In this document: positions 1-10,489 of the stretch, piece by piece | Numbering within the stretch: the stretch's first letter is position 1 | Layout of the letters: each line of letters opens with the position of its first letter | NCBI GenBank assembly: GCA_938091745.1 | Contig: CALLJK010000002.1 | Span: 26,842-90,841, forward strand | Origin: Candidatus Bipolaricaulota bacterium | GTDB lineage: Bacteria; Bipolaricaulota; Bipolaricaulia; RBG-16-55-9; DRXL01 | Length of the DNA stretch: 64,000 nt | Direction: 5' to 3' | Translations under genes and position numbers: made by a program | The notes under the pieces: model-generated | The model's database searches: none | Seen by the model: only the letters and a program-made list of their open reading frames with translations | What the model was told of the DNA's origin: nothing

Positions 1-1991
1 GAGAGAAGCTCCTCCAGAAGCTCGGCATCTCCACTATCGAAGATCTGCTCACGTACTTTCCCCGACGCATCGAAGACCGTAGAGAGACAAAAAAGATCGT
101 GCAACTGCGCCACGGCGATAGAGTGACAGTTAAGGGGCGGGTACGCGCCGTAGATGTCATCAAGACCAGAAATAATCTCGAGATCGTCAAAGCCGCGATC
201 CAAGACAATACCGGGATTCTCTACGCTGTCTGGTTCAATCAACCGTGGCTCAAGAATCAGCTCGTTCAAGGGGAGCTGATCGCGCTCTACGGCACGGTCG
301 AGAGCACGCACGGACAACTTCAGATGAGCAACCCCGTTTGGGAGCCTGCAGAGAAGAAGTTTCTAACGGGGCGCCTTGTGCCCCTTTATCCCTCTACGGA
401 GGGGCTGAAGCCCTCTCTGCTCTATAGACTCATTCAGAATAATCTCGTGCTCTATCGCCCAACTCTTGTCGACGTGATCCCGGAAGAGATTCGGCTCCGA
501 CATGGGCTCTTGCCGCGCGCTGAGGCGTTTGAGAAGATTCACTTCCCCCAGAGCATTGAAGAGTATCAGAAAGCGCATGACACGCTTGCGTTTGAAGAGC
601 TCTTGCTCTTCCAAATTGGGGTCGCTCTTGAGAAGCAAAAGCTCGGCGAGCGCCCTGGGCGCAGCCTCATAATCTCCGATGAGAGACTTGAAGAATTTCT
701 TGGTGTGCTGCCGTTTCGGCTCACGCGCGCCCAAGAGCGCGCTCTCGCAGAGATCCGCGCGGATTTGGCCGCCCCTAAGCCCATGAACAGACTGCTGCAG
801 GGGGACGTCGGTTCGGGCAAGACAGTCGTCGCAACCGCAGCGTGTCTTATAGCTATAGAGTCGGGCTACCAAGCAGCGTTCATGGCCCCAACAGAGATCT
901 TAGCGCAGCAGCACTTTCGCAAGATTACAGAGCTGCTCGCGCGACTGAGCAAGCCCCCGCGAGTCGTCTTGCTCATCGGGAGCTTGCCCGAGCGCGAGAA
1001 AGAATTTTTACGCGCCGCGATCTCCAGGGGCGATATAGAGCTCGTGATCGGCACGCACGCGCTCATTCAAGAAGATCTCCAGTTCAAGAATCTAGGGCTG
1101 GCCGTGATCGATGAGCAGCATCGCTTCGGGGTGATCCAGCGCGCCCAGCTTGAACAGAAGGGCGAAAATTTAGATATTTTAGTCATGAGCGCCACGCCTA
1201 TCCCCCGGACGATCACCCTGACACTCTATGGGCAATTTGAGATCTCGATCTTGGATGAGCTGCCCTTTGCAAAAGAGATTCAGACGTTCTGGGTTTCTGA
1301 AGAGAAGCGCGACCAAGTCTATGAATTCGTCGCCCAACAATTGAAACAGGGCGCTCAGGCGTACATTGTCTTCCCGTTGATTGAAGAATCTGAAGAACTG
1401 GAGGTCAAAGCTGCGGTCCAAAGCAAGGAAGAGCTCGAGCGCACATTTCTGCGAGAATTTCGCGTGGGGCTGCTGCACGGGCGCATGAGCGAGAGCGAAA
1501 AACAAGCTGTTATGAAACAGCTCATCGCCAAAGAGCTTGATGCCCTTGTGAGCACGACGATCATTGAAGTCGGGATTGACGTGCCCGGCGCGACCGTGAT
1601 GGTCATCGAGCACGCTGACAGATTTGGCTTAGCGCAGCTCCATCAGCTACGGGGGCGGATCGGGCGGGCCGGGGATAAATCGTATTGCTTCGCAATAGCC
1701 ACGCCGCGCAGCGAGGACGCTCAGCGCCGTCTTGAAGTCTTTCAGAGCACGCTTGATGGCTTCCAGATCGCTGAAGAAGATCTAAAGATTCGAGGGCCAG
1801 GGGATATGCTCGGCGTTGCGCAGCATGGGCTGGACAGCACATTTAAAGTCGCGGATCTCATCGCAGACTTAGATCTGATGAAAGCCGCGCGGGAGGAAGC
1901 ATTTCGGCTTATCGCCCAGAACCCTGAGCACCCGCTGATCGAAGAGTTTCGGCGAAGATTTGGCGAGAAATTCGCATTGACGCGAGTATAA
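1..1991 (+). CDS. recG: ATP-dependent DNA helicase RecG, 5'-truncated by the window edge
   Basis: The frame is open from position 3 (EKLLQKLGISTIEDLLTYFPRR, typical RecG N-terminus). Motifs LQGDVGSGKT, DEQHRFG, SATPIPRT and QLRGRIGR are present. Confidence 0.97.
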   Translation, partial: EKLLQKLGISTIEDLLTYFPRRIEDRRETKKIVQLRHGDRVTVKGRVRAVDVIKTRNNLEIVKAAIQDNTGILYAVWFNQPWLKNQLVQGELIALYGTVESTHGQLQMSNPVWEPAEKKFLTGRLVPLYPSTEGLKPSLLYRLIQNNLVLYRPTLVDVIPEEIRLRHGLLPRAEAFEKIHFPQSIEEYQKAHDTLAFEELLLFQIGVALEKQKLGERPGRSLIISDERLEEFLGVLPFRLTRAQERALAEIRADLAAPKPMNRLLQGDVGSGKTVVATAACLIAIESGYQAAFMAPTEILAQQHFRKITELLARLSKPPRVVLLIGSLPEREKEFLRAAISRGDIELVIGTHALIQEDLQFKNLGLAVIDEQHRFGVIQRAQLEQKGENLDILVMSATPIPRTITLTLYGQFEISILDELPFAKEIQTFWVSEEKRDQVYEFVAQQLKQGAQAYIVFPLIEESEELEVKAAVQSKEELERTFLREFRVGLLHGRMSESEKQAVMKQLIAKELDALVSTTIIEVGIDVPGATVMVIEHADRFGLAQLHQLRGRIGRAGDKSYCFAIATPRSEDAQRRLEVFQSTLDGFQIAEEDLKIRGPGDMLGVAQHGLDSTFKVADLIADLDLMKAAREEAFRLIAQNPEHPLIEEFRRRFGEKFALTRV

Positions 1992-1998
1992 TAGAGCC

Positions 1999-2289
1999 AT
2001 GATCACGCGCGACGAGGTGCTCCATATTGCCAGGCTCGCAAGACTCAAACTCTCTGAAGACGAAGTGGCGCTCTTTCAGGAGCAGCTTGGGCGCATCTTA
2101 GGGTATTTTCGCCAGATAGAGAAGCTCGACACAGAAGAGATCCCGCCGATGAAGCACGCCTTAGATATACACACAGTCTTGCGCCCTGATGAGCCTCGTC
2201 CGTCGGTCTCCCCTGAAGAAGCCCTCAAGAACGCGCCCAAGCGCCGAGATAATTATTTCGTAGTCCCCAAGGTCGTAGAGAAGACCTAA
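1999..2289 (+). CDS. gatC: Asp-tRNA(Asn)/Glu-tRNA(Gln) amidotransferase subunit C
   Basis: MITRDEVLHIARLARL start and NAPKRRDNYFVVPKV end, 96 aa. Confidence 0.95.
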   Translation: MITRDEVLHIARLARLKLSEDEVALFQEQLGRILGYFRQIEKLDTEEIPPMKHALDIHTVLRPDEPRPSVSPEEALKNAPKRRDNYFVVPKVVEKT

Positions 2290-2362
2290 CCCCAGACCCC
2301 TTCCCTAAGAGGGAAGGGGCTCCCCTCCCCCTCCTTCAGGGGAGGGGCTGGGGGAGCGGTTG
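2285..2362. repeat. C/G-rich palindromic intergenic repeat, copy 1
   Basis: CCCCTTCCCT-AAG-AGGGAAGGGG hairpin plus a CCCCTCCCCC...GGGAGGGG hairpin. Closely similar in organisation to 15151-15233. Confidence 0.8.
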
Positions 2363-3997
2363 GACCACCTGAACCCGTCTTGATGCGATATTGTTGTCAT
2401 AGCGATCAAGCTCGAGACGCAGCGCCGGATCGCGTAGGAGTCTTATAGGGTCTTGGAGATGGCGCACGCGCACCAACAGCAACGTGTCAAGAGTAGCCCG
2501 CGGCGGCACCCACAGGAACGTCGTCGTGGCTGAGCCGTTTGCAGGGATATTGATAAAATGCCGAAAGACCGGTTCTGTTGAAGAATCGCCGTCGTCATCT
2601 ATGGGCTGCCAACTCTCGGGCCACGCAGAGAAATCGAGCTGCGAATTGTCCTTCCAATAGAGCTCAACAATGGCATTGGGCACGTCCGTCAGCCCACGAT
2701 TATAGACTGTAACGTAGACACGATTGACCGCGTTCGCGACAGCATCCTCGTGATCGTTCTCTCCGAAGGGTTCTTCGGTCGCGTTAACGATCCCCACGGG
2801 TGCGCCATCTATTCGGATATCAGGGCTGAAGCCGATCTCACTCGACGGGACGCTGCCGTCATCAAGCTCGCTGTCGCGCACGATCAGTTCGGCAAGGGCT
2901 TGTTCTAGGAGATAGAGCGCTGCCGGGAGGTTCTCTTCAAACGTCGGGAGAATCTGATCAGCAGGGAGCACAAAGCCCGGCTCGCCCGTAGCTGGGCGCA
3001 GCTCGATCACAAGAGAGATACCCCCGGTCTCGCTGTAGAACCAATCGTTGGAGACGCCCGCTGCAGGATAAGGGCACTCTAAGCTGAGCTGGCACGCGCG
3101 ATAGCTCTGTCCGTGAGTGCTATAGATAAGCTTAGCCATCGTCTCGCCGATGCGTGCATACTCGACGCTATCGGAAGGAGGATCGAAGCGCACGTCTTCG
3201 CTCAACGGGATTGGGGGATCGAAGGAGTATCCCCACGGCCAGCCCACGATCTGCGAAAAGCTATGATAGTCAATAAACGCCTTGAAGCGCCGACGGGGGT
3301 CGAGCACGAGATCACGAATTGCTCGGATTTCGGGTTCGGAGAAGGGCTCCGGCCCGCGATATGTGAAGCTTTGGGGGTTGCGGCTGCCGCCGGCGCGTGA
3401 GTCCCACTGGAAGCCCCAATTTCTGTTTAAGTCAACCCCGAAAATGCCGTTGCCCAGGTCTCTTCGGTTCTTGCGCCACAGACGACAATAAAACTGTGGG
3501 GCCGTCGGGCAAGGATCGAGACGCGTGTACTCGTGCCCGTCAGGGTTGACCATTGGGACGATCCAGATCTCTAAGTTATCGAGTAGTCTCTTGACGCGCT
3601 CGTCGATCGCGTAATGCTGGGCTAGATATTGAGCGATGAGGAACGGGACTTCGACGCCGATCCACTCGCGGGCGTGTTGTCCTCCAATAAAGAGCGTTTC
3701 GGGTTCAGTGGGGTCTTCGATAGAAACAGCGTCGCTGAGTTTAATGGCCCAGATCTCGCGCCCTTCGTGGCTTTGCCCAAGAGAGACGACTTGGACAATC
3801 TGAGGATACTGCTCCGCGAGCGCAGAGAGATCGTCTTTCAAAGAGCGAAACTCCCAGACGCCAAAGCCGGCGATGTTCGTCGTCCCGGTGAAGTCATAAG
3901 CGTGATAGACGAGCGACGGCGGAAGCTGCGTCTGGGCTGGCTGATTGCTTGCAAAGATGGAGAGACTGAGAGCGATAAGCACGAGCGCCCGGCGCAT
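2336..3997 (-). CDS. Secreted M14 zinc carboxypeptidase (carboxypeptidase T-like) with a C-terminal Ig-like domain
   Basis: Signal peptide; motifs GQHAREW, NPDG, WRKNR, GVDLNRNW, DYHSFSQ and IELRP. Confidence 0.9.
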   Translation of the reverse strand: MRRALVLIALSLSIFASNQPAQTQLPPSLVYHAYDFTGTTNIAGFGVWEFRSLKDDLSALAEQYPQIVQVVSLGQSHEGREIWAIKLSDAVSIEDPTEPETLFIGGQHAREWIGVEVPFLIAQYLAQHYAIDERVKRLLDNLEIWIVPMVNPDGHEYTRLDPCPTAPQFYCRLWRKNRRDLGNGIFGVDLNRNWGFQWDSRAGGSRNPQSFTYRGPEPFSEPEIRAIRDLVLDPRRRFKAFIDYHSFSQIVGWPWGYSFDPPIPLSEDVRFDPPSDSVEYARIGETMAKLIYSTHGQSYRACQLSLECPYPAAGVSNDWFYSETGGISLVIELRPATGEPGFVLPADQILPTFEENLPAALYLLEQALAELIVRDSELDDGSVPSSEIGFSPDIRIDGAPVGIVNATEEPFGENDHEDAVANAVNRVYVTVYNRGLTDVPNAIVELYWKDNSQLDFSAWPESWQPIDDDGDSSTEPVFRHFINIPANGSATTTFLWVPPRATLDTLLLVRVRHLQDPIRLLRDPALRLELDRYDNNIASRRVQVVQPLPQPLP

Positions 3998-4050
3998 ATA
4001 TGAACCTCCTCCACAAATACACGGAAGAGATTATAGCAAATGTGAGGCCC

Positions 4051-4743
4051 TCATGGTCGCACGATAGTGCCCACGTGCTCCCCACGAAGAGCTTTTTCTA
4101 AATTCCCCTTGCGAAAGACATCGAAGACTCTGATCGTAATTTTATTCTCCCGACAGATCGTCAGTGCCGTTAAGTCCATCACGTTTAGGCGCTTCTCTAT
4201 CGCTTCGTCGAAAGTAAGCTCTTTGTACAGCTTCGCGTTTGGATCTTTTTTGGGGTCGGCGCTGTAGACGCCAGGGACGTCGGTCGCTTTCAGTAAGATT
4301 TTCGCGCCGATCTCGCTCGCTCTAATAGCTGCAGCTGTATCTGTGGTTACGAAGGGATTGCCCGTTCCCCCAGCGAAGATCACGATCTTCTTCTCTGCAA
4401 GAGCTTGACGCGCACTGATGGGGTCAACAGGCTGCGCGTACGCCACGGGGATCGCTGACTGTAATAGAACAGAAATCCCCGTGCTCTCTAAACTTTGGCG
4501 CAATGCCATCCCGTTGAGCACAGTCGCGAGCATCCCCATCTGGTCGGCAACGACCCGGTCGAATTCCCTCACCTGCGCCCCACGAATGAAGTTGCCCCCA
4601 CCAACGACAAGAGCGAGCTCAATATCTAAGCTCTGAACGCGAGCGATCTGCGTGGTGAGCGACGCTAAGGCCCTCGGATCAATGCCTTGGGACCCCAGAG
4701 CCTCGCCAGAGAGCTTCAGTAAGAATCTATTTGCCGACTTCAA
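4051..4743 (-). CDS. pyrH: Uridylate kinase (probable TTG start at 4743, overlapping tsf)
   Basis: LLKLSGEAL, VGGGNFIRG, GTGNPFVTTDTAAA; position downstream of tsf. Confidence 0.95.
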   Translation of the reverse strand: MKSANRFLLKLSGEALGSQGIDPRALASLTTQIARVQSLDIELALVVGGGNFIRGAQVREFDRVVADQMGMLATVLNGMALRQSLESTGISVLLQSAIPVAYAQPVDPISARQALAEKKIVIFAGGTGNPFVTTDTAAAIRASEIGAKILLKATDVPGVYSADPKKDPNAKLYKELTFDEAIEKRLNVMDLTALTICRENKITIRVFDVFRKGNLEKALRGEHVGTIVRP

Positions 4744-5335
4744 ACCGGGCGAATCTCTTGATGACAATGGTCTCGCCGACTTTGTTGGCGAGCTCTCCTA
4801 AAATATCCTCGACGGTGGTCTTCCCCGAAGGGTCTTTAATAAAGGGCTGCTTGAGCAAGCAGACTTGCTGATAGAAATTTTTTATCTTGCCCTCAACGAT
4901 CTTCTCGATGACCTGAGGGGGCTTGCCCTCCTGTTCGGCCTGATGACGATAGACTTCCTTCTCGCGCTCAAGGACCTCCGGAGGCACATCCTCAGGCTTA
5001 ATATACTGCGGGGGCGGGTACGCCGCTGCGATGTGCATCGCTAGATCTTTTAAGACCCCACGGAAAGCATCGCTGTTGGCGACAAAGTCCGTCTGGCAGT
5101 CCATCTCGAGTAAGACCCCTACGCGCCCATTGTGATGGATATACGCCTCGACACGCCCCTGATTAGTCTCCCCTGTACGCGAAGCAAAAAGCTCTTTCCC
5201 TTGCTCACGCAGGATGAGCTTCGCTTTCTCAAGGTCGCCGTTGGCTTGCTGAAGCGCTTTCTTGCAGTCCAAGATCCCAACGCCCGTCTCCTCACGAAGC
5301 TTCTTGACCAATTCGTTAAAGGACGTCATGCTCAT
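4727..5335 (-). CDS. tsf: Elongation factor Ts (short form)
   Basis: [33 protein letters not shown]; rpsB-tsf-pyrH order. Confidence 0.97.
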   Translation of the reverse strand: MSMTSFNELVKKLREETGVGILDCKKALQQANGDLEKAKLILREQGKELFASRTGETNQGRVEAYIHHNGRVGVLLEMDCQTDFVANSDAFRGVLKDLAMHIAAAYPPPQYIKPEDVPPEVLEREKEVYRHQAEQEGKPPQVIEKIVEGKIKNFYQQVCLLKQPFIKDPSGKTTVEDILGELANKVGETIVIKRFARFEVGK

Positions 5336-6132
5336 GCGGTGACACCCTCTTCGTTCTCAGTGATATCTGACTCGCTGATCTCTGCTGGCGGTGTAACTAG
5401 AGGTGTTTCTTCAGGCTTTTTGGCAGCAGCGGGGGCTTTGTCAGCGGAGCGCCCTTCGCGCCCTTCTAAGACGGCATCGGCGATGCGAGCTGTGATCAAT
5501 TTTGTAGCTTTGATCGCGTCGTCATTGCCAGGGATAGGAAAGTCAATGGGATCGGGATCGCAATTGGTGTCCACAATAGCTACCACGGGAATCCCCAATA
5601 ACTTCGCTTCGTGAATGGCGTTCTTCTCCAAGATCGTATCCACGACGAAGAGCACCCCAGGCAACTCCGTCATCTCGCGCAGGCCCTCGAGATTGCGCCG
5701 GAGCTTCATCAGTTCGCGGCGCCAATTCTGAGCTTCCTTTGGGGGCATAGCGTCGAAGACCCCGTTGGCTTCCATCTCTTCAAGGTCTTTGAGCCGTTGA
5801 ATACGCTTCTGAATCACGCCAAAGTTTGTCAGCGTCCCGCCCAGCCATCGCTGATTCACATAGTGGGCGCCGCAGCGCTTGGCCTCCTCAGCAATGGTCT
5901 CCTGTACTTGGCGCTTGGTCCCCACAAAGAGCGCGTTCTTCCCCGAAGCCACAGTATCGCGCACAAACAGATAGGCTTCCTCAAAGAGTCGGATGGTCTT
6001 CTCCAAATCTATAATGTGAATCCCTTTGCGCTCCGTAAAGATATATTCGCGCATCTTGGGGTTCCACTTGCGCACCCGGTGCCCAAAATGCACCCCCGTC
6101 TCGAGTAACTCTTTAATGGTTAGAAGCTCCAC
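5332..6132 (-). CDS. rpsB: 30S ribosomal protein S2 (GTG start after SD AAGGAGG)
   Basis: [28 protein letters not shown]. Confidence 0.98.
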   Translation of the reverse strand: MELLTIKELLETGVHFGHRVRKWNPKMREYIFTERKGIHIIDLEKTIRLFEEAYLFVRDTVASGKNALFVGTKRQVQETIAEEAKRCGAHYVNQRWLGGTLTNFGVIQKRIQRLKDLEEMEANGVFDAMPPKEAQNWRRELMKLRRNLEGLREMTELPGVLFVVDTILEKNAIHEAKLLGIPVVAIVDTNCDPDPIDFPIPGNDDAIKATKLITARIADAVLEGREGRSADKAPAAAKKPEETPLVTPPAEISESDITENEEGVTA

Positions 6133-6159
6133 ATCGCTTCCTCCTTTCTCCAAAGTTCC

Positions 6160-6217
6160 GAGCGTCTCTTCTATCTGATGAATAGGAGACAGATAAAGGG
6201 ACGCGCTAACAGTTCTC
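6160..6217 (-). promoter_or_regulatory. Stem-loop in the rpsB 5' leader (possible S2 autoregulatory element)
   Basis: Nested complementary segments GCGTC/GACGC and TATCTG/CAGATA just upstream of the rpsB SD. Confidence 0.5.
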
Positions 6218-6287
6218 TACTGTAGCACAAGAAACATAAATCTGCAAGTCCCCTCTACCTAAGCTATAATCATATTAGGTGATAACC

Positions 6288-8915
6288 GTGCCTGAAGAGT
6301 TTGCGCGACCGTTGCCCAAGAACCGCGAAGCTGAACAGGTCGTCCTCGGCGCGGCGATGCTTGAGCCCGAGAGCGTCGTCCCTCAGCTTCTACAAGCCCT
6401 CCAGCCCGACGACTTCTATTGGAAAGCGCATCAGATCATCTATCGAGTGATTCTGGAGCTCTTTGAAGGTGGCAAACCCGCCGATCTGATCACCGTGGGG
6501 AATCGTCTGGATGAGCTGAACAAGCTCGACGATGTCGGGGGCCGCGCGTATCTGAGCGAGCTGCTCACCAAAGTCACCACGACCGCCAGCGTGCCCTACT
6601 ATGCGGAAATTATCAAGAAAAAAGCAGTGCTGCGGGCGCTCATCGAGGCCGGCCATGAGATCGCTGAGCTCGGCTTCAACGAAGAGCAAGAACTCGAGCC
6701 TTTGCTCGATGCCGCCGAAGAGAAGATCTTCCAGATCTCACGCTTCCAGCTCACGCACGACTTCCATCTCATCCGAGATTTCTTACATGAGCATCTGGAG
6801 CGCCTTGAGAAGCTCCAACGCGATCCGTCCCAACACGCGGTGACGGGCTTGCCCACCGGCTATAGGAGATTCGACGAGATGACCGCGGGGCTGCAGCCGT
6901 CCGATCTCATCGTGATCGCGGCGCGCCCCAGCATGGGCAAGACGTCACTTGCGCTTTCTATCGGGCGCAATATGGCCTTGCGCTTCGGCAAGTGCGTCGG
7001 GTTCTTTAGCTTAGAGATGACCAAAGAACAGCTGCTCGAGCGCTTGCTCTGCGCCGAGGCGCGGATTAACTTGCATCGGTTGCGCGGAGGGTATCTGCAG
7101 ACAGACTCCGAGTCCTGGCGACGCATCATCAACGCAGCAAGTAAGCTCCAGAACAGTAAGATTATCATTGACGACACGCCCAGTATTTCAGTGTTAGAGC
7201 TGAAAGCCAAAGCGCGGCGCATGAAGACCGAGCATAATCTCGACATACTCTTTGTCGATTATTTGCAGTTAGTCGAAGCAGGAGCCCACGCAGACGTGCG
7301 CGAACAAGAGGTCGCGTACATTGCGCGGTCGCTCAAGGGATTAGCACGAGAGCTCAATATCCCTGTCGTAGCAGTCTCTCAGTTGTCGCGCGCGCCGGAG
7401 CGCCCGCCGCGCAGACCGAGATTGTCAGACTTGCGCGAATGCGTGACCGGCGATACCCAAGTCATCGACGGCAAGACTGGCAACTTAATAGAAGTCCGTT
7501 GTGTTAGCCCTGGCATGACCGTGATCGCCTTAGATCATAAACAACGCTTATGCCCAGCGCGTGTCCTCGACGTAATCCCCAAGGGAGCCAACCAAGTATA
7601 TAGAGTCCGCACGCAGACAGGACGCGAGATCCGCGTGACTGCTGCACATCCGTTTCTGACAGCAGAGGGATGGCGTTCGTTGCGGCATTTGGCTCCAGGG
7701 GATTTGATTGCGACCATGCGCTCCGTCACACTCCCTGGGGAGCCGCGTCCGCCGGAACTCTGCCGATTCCTTGGATATCTGACTGGTGACGGCACATATC
7801 TGCGCCATCGCGAAGTCGGGTTTATCAACTCGGACCCTATCTTAGTTCAAGACGTTGTAGATATTGCGCGAAAGTATTTTAATATAGAGATCTCCGCCCG
7901 GCGGCGTTTTACAAGTGAACAAGTGACATTCGTCAAGAAGAACTCGAATGGGTACGGGCGGCCCTTTGGCAACCCCGTGCGGAATTGGCTCCGTGAGCTT
8001 GGCCTCGTAGGGCAGCGATACGACCAGAAGAGCGTTCCTGATTGGATTCTCACTGCTGATACCCCAAGTATCTCGGAGTATTTAGGAGGCCTCTTCGCCA
8101 CTGATGGGACTATAGTGCGCAGATCGAGAGGATATTGGGATGTGAAACTCAGCACGACAAGCCTCCAGTTAGCCAAACAAGTTCAGTATCTGTTGGCTCG
8201 CTTGGGTATTGTGACAGGGATAACATCAGGCTATAAGAGTGTGAAAGCTACATGCCCTATTTATACGGTGTATGTGTCACGCAGCGAAGAGAACCTGAGA
8301 AAATTTGCCTTGCTTATCCCCTTACGAGGGAAAAAGGCCCTGTTAGCTCAGGAGCTTCTCCTCTCCATGCCGCGTCAGCAGACCAATAGTGTTCTTGAGG
8401 CCTTGCCCCCATCTGTTTCTCTGCTGATCAATCAACGGCGTCGAGAACAGGGCCTCTCTCACGCAGCTGTGGGATATCGCGCTGTAGGAAAGCGCATCTC
8501 TCGCTCACGCGCGGCCGCGGTTGCTGAACGATTGCGTGATCCATTGTTGCATCAATGGGCTACCAGCGATCTTCTCTGGGAGAGGGTCGTCTCAATCACG
8601 CCTGAGGGTGAGGAGCCAGTCTGGGATTTGGTCGTAGAAGGCGTGCACAATTTTGTTGCGAATGGGATTATCGTTCACAATTCCGGGGAGATCGAACAGA
8701 CAGCTGATGTCGTGCTTTTTCTATATCGCGAAGACACGGGCAGCGAAGAGAGCCCCGACGAAGCAGAGAGCTCCTCGCCCTTAGTCCACGAGACCGAGAT
8801 CATCATCGGGAAGCAGCGCAACGGCCCAACGGGATCGTTCCCGTTACTCTTCCATCGCGCCTACACAAGCTTTGAAGAATACTACGTAGGCGAAGAGGAA
8901 GGGCCGCGGTTTTAA
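6288..8915 (+). CDS. dnaB: Replicative DNA helicase DnaB, interrupted by an intein
   Basis: AARPSMGKT, FSLEM, DYLQL, SQLSR, LSDLRE|SGEIEQTAD, KQRNGPTG. Confidence 0.97.
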   Translation: MPEEFARPLPKNREAEQVVLGAAMLEPESVVPQLLQALQPDDFYWKAHQIIYRVILELFEGGKPADLITVGNRLDELNKLDDVGGRAYLSELLTKVTTTASVPYYAEIIKKKAVLRALIEAGHEIAELGFNEEQELEPLLDAAEEKIFQISRFQLTHDFHLIRDFLHEHLERLEKLQRDPSQHAVTGLPTGYRRFDEMTAGLQPSDLIVIAARPSMGKTSLALSIGRNMALRFGKCVGFFSLEMTKEQLLERLLCAEARINLHRLRGGYLQTDSESWRRIINAASKLQNSKIIIDDTPSISVLELKAKARRMKTEHNLDILFVDYLQLVEAGAHADVREQEVAYIARSLKGLARELNIPVVAVSQLSRAPERPPRRPRLSDLRECVTGDTQVIDGKTGNLIEVRCVSPGMTVIALDHKQRLCPARVLDVIPKGANQVYRVRTQTGREIRVTAAHPFLTAEGWRSLRHLAPGDLIATMRSVTLPGEPRPPELCRFLGYLTGDGTYLRHREVGFINSDPILVQDVVDIARKYFNIEISARRRFTSEQVTFVKKNSNGYGRPFGNPVRNWLRELGLVGQRYDQKSVPDWILTADTPSISEYLGGLFATDGTIVRRSRGYWDVKLSTTSLQLAKQVQYLLARLGIVTGITSGYKSVKATCPIYTVYVSRSEENLRKFALLIPLRGKKALLAQELLLSMPRQQTNSVLEALPPSVSLLINQRRREQGLSHAAVGYRAVGKRISRSRAAAVAERLRDPLLHQWATSDLLWERVVSITPEGEEPVWDLVVEGVHNFVANGIIVHNSGEIEQTADVVLFLYREDTGSEESPDEAESSSPLVHETEIIIGKQRNGPTGSFPLLFHRAYTSFEEYYVGEEEGPRF
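7440..8681 (+). mobile_element. DnaB intein (414 aa) with a LAGLIDADG homing endonuclease domain
   Basis: Begins at Cys (CVTGDT) after LRE; block B VTAAHPF; LAGLIDADG-type motifs LGYLTGDG and LGGLFATDG; ends NFVANGIIVHN followed by Ser. Confidence 0.95.
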
Positions 8916-8920
8916 CAAAC

Positions 8921-8950
8921 TTGCCTAACTCATAAAGAATCCGTTATAAT
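8921..8950 (+). promoter_or_regulatory. Putative sigma70 promoter for the liv operon
   Basis: TTGCCT-18 nt-TATAAT. Confidence 0.55.
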
Positions 8951-8982
8951 TTCGGCAAATTACGCGGGGGTGCTTACGAGCA

Positions 8983-9789
8983 GTGAGTAGCGAAGTCTTG
9001 CTCGAGGTGCGCAACTTGGTTAAAGACTTTGGTGGGCTACGCGCTGTCAACAACTGCTCGCTGTCAGTGAAGCGCGGCACGATCACGGGCTTGATTGGCC
9101 CCAACGGCGCAGGCAAGACTACGCTCTTCAATCTCATCACGGGCTTCTATAAGCCCGACAGCGGGCGGGTCATCTTCCAAGGGGAGGAGATCACGGGGCT
9201 CCCTCCCCATCGCGTCTTTCATAAAGGGCTCTGCCGCACCTTTCAGATCCCGCGAGAGTTCAAACAGATGACCGTCCTCGAGAACTTGATGGTCGTCCCA
9301 GCAAGGCAGCTTGGGGAGAATCTCTTCTATCCCTTGTTGAGACCAGGGCTCATCCGTCGTCAAGAGGCCGAGATCCGTGAGAAAGCTCTACAAATCTTAG
9401 AATTCGTGAACCTGCTCGAATTGCGCGATGAATACGCGGGCAATCTCTCAGGCGCACAGAAGAAACTCTTGGAACTCGCTCGAGCGCTGATGGGCGATCC
9501 TACGATGATCTTGCTGGATGAGCCCAGCGCAGGGGTCAACCCCACCGTGATGCACGGGCTCGTCGAATATATTGAGAGACTTGTGCGCGACAAGGGCGTG
9601 ACCGTCTTTCTCATTGCGCACGATATGGATTTAGTCATGAACTTATGCAACCCCGTGATTGTCATGTGCAACGGGGAGAAATTAGCTGAGGGCACACCCC
9701 AGGAGATTCAGAAAGACGAGCGCGTCTTAGAAGCATACTTGGGAAGCCAGTATCAAGCTCTCGCGCGAGGGAAAGTATGGCACTCCTAG
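8983..9789 (+). CDS. livG: Branched-chain amino acid ABC transporter ATP-binding protein (LivG-like)
   Basis: GPNGAGKTT, RTFQ, LLDEP, C-terminal VLEAYLG. Confidence 0.9.
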   Translation: MSSEVLLEVRNLVKDFGGLRAVNNCSLSVKRGTITGLIGPNGAGKTTLFNLITGFYKPDSGRVIFQGEEITGLPPHRVFHKGLCRTFQIPREFKQMTVLENLMVVPARQLGENLFYPLLRPGLIRRQEAEIREKALQILEFVNLLELRDEYAGNLSGAQKKLLELARALMGDPTMILLDEPSAGVNPTVMHGLVEYIERLVRDKGVTVFLIAHDMDLVMNLCNPVIVMCNGEKLAEGTPQEIQKDERVLEAYLGSQYQALARGKVWHS

Positions 9790-10481
9790 AAGCTGAAGGG
9801 ATCATCTCTGGGTATGACGGCATGGAAGTTTTACACGGGGTCTCACTGCGAGCGGAGCCGGGCCAAATCATCGTGGTGCTGGGGCCTAACGGGGCCGGTA
9901 AGTCTACTCTCATGAAGACGCTCTTTGGGCTTCTGCGCCCGCGGAGTGGGCGCGTCATCTTTGACGGGAGGGAGATCACCGGGCTTCCGCCAGAGCACCT
10001 TGTGCGCCTGGGGATGGGCTACGTCCCCCAAGAAGAGAACGTCTTCACAACACTCACCGTAGAAGAGAACCTGGAGATGGGGGCTTTTATTCTCCATGAA
10101 GATCTTCATCGCGCTAAGGAACGAGTCTTCGAGCTCTTCCCCACTTTGCGGGAGCGCCGCCGCCAACAAGTCGGCAAGATGTCCGGGGGCGAACGCCAGA
10201 TGGTCGCCATCGGTCGGGCACTGATGCTCGACCCCAAGCTCTTGCTGCTGGATGAGCCTTCCGCGGGCCTCGCTCCCAAGCTCGTTGACCTGATCTTTGA
10301 ACGCATCTATAAGATCAAGGAATCTGGAGTAGCGATCATCATAGTTGAGCAAGACATCCATCGGGCGCTGCAGCTTGCTGATCGAGCGTACGTGATTGCC
10401 AACGGGTGCAATCGCTTTGAAGGGAGCGCTCGCGAGCTCCTCGAGAGCCCAGATCTTGCGCGCTTCTACCTCCAAGGGTGA
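9777..10481 (+). CDS. livF: Branched-chain amino acid ABC transporter ATP-binding protein (LivF-like)
   Basis: GPNGAGKST, MSGGERQM, LLDEPSAGLAP, VEQ. Confidence 0.9.
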   Translation: MALLEAEGIISGYDGMEVLHGVSLRAEPGQIIVVLGPNGAGKSTLMKTLFGLLRPRSGRVIFDGREITGLPPEHLVRLGMGYVPQEENVFTTLTVEENLEMGAFILHEDLHRAKERVFELFPTLRERRRQQVGKMSGGERQMVAIGRALMLDPKLLLLDEPSAGLAPKLVDLIFERIYKIKESGVAIIIVEQDIHRALQLADRAYVIANGCNRFEGSARELLESPDLARFYLQG

Positions 10482-10489
10482 CTCATACA

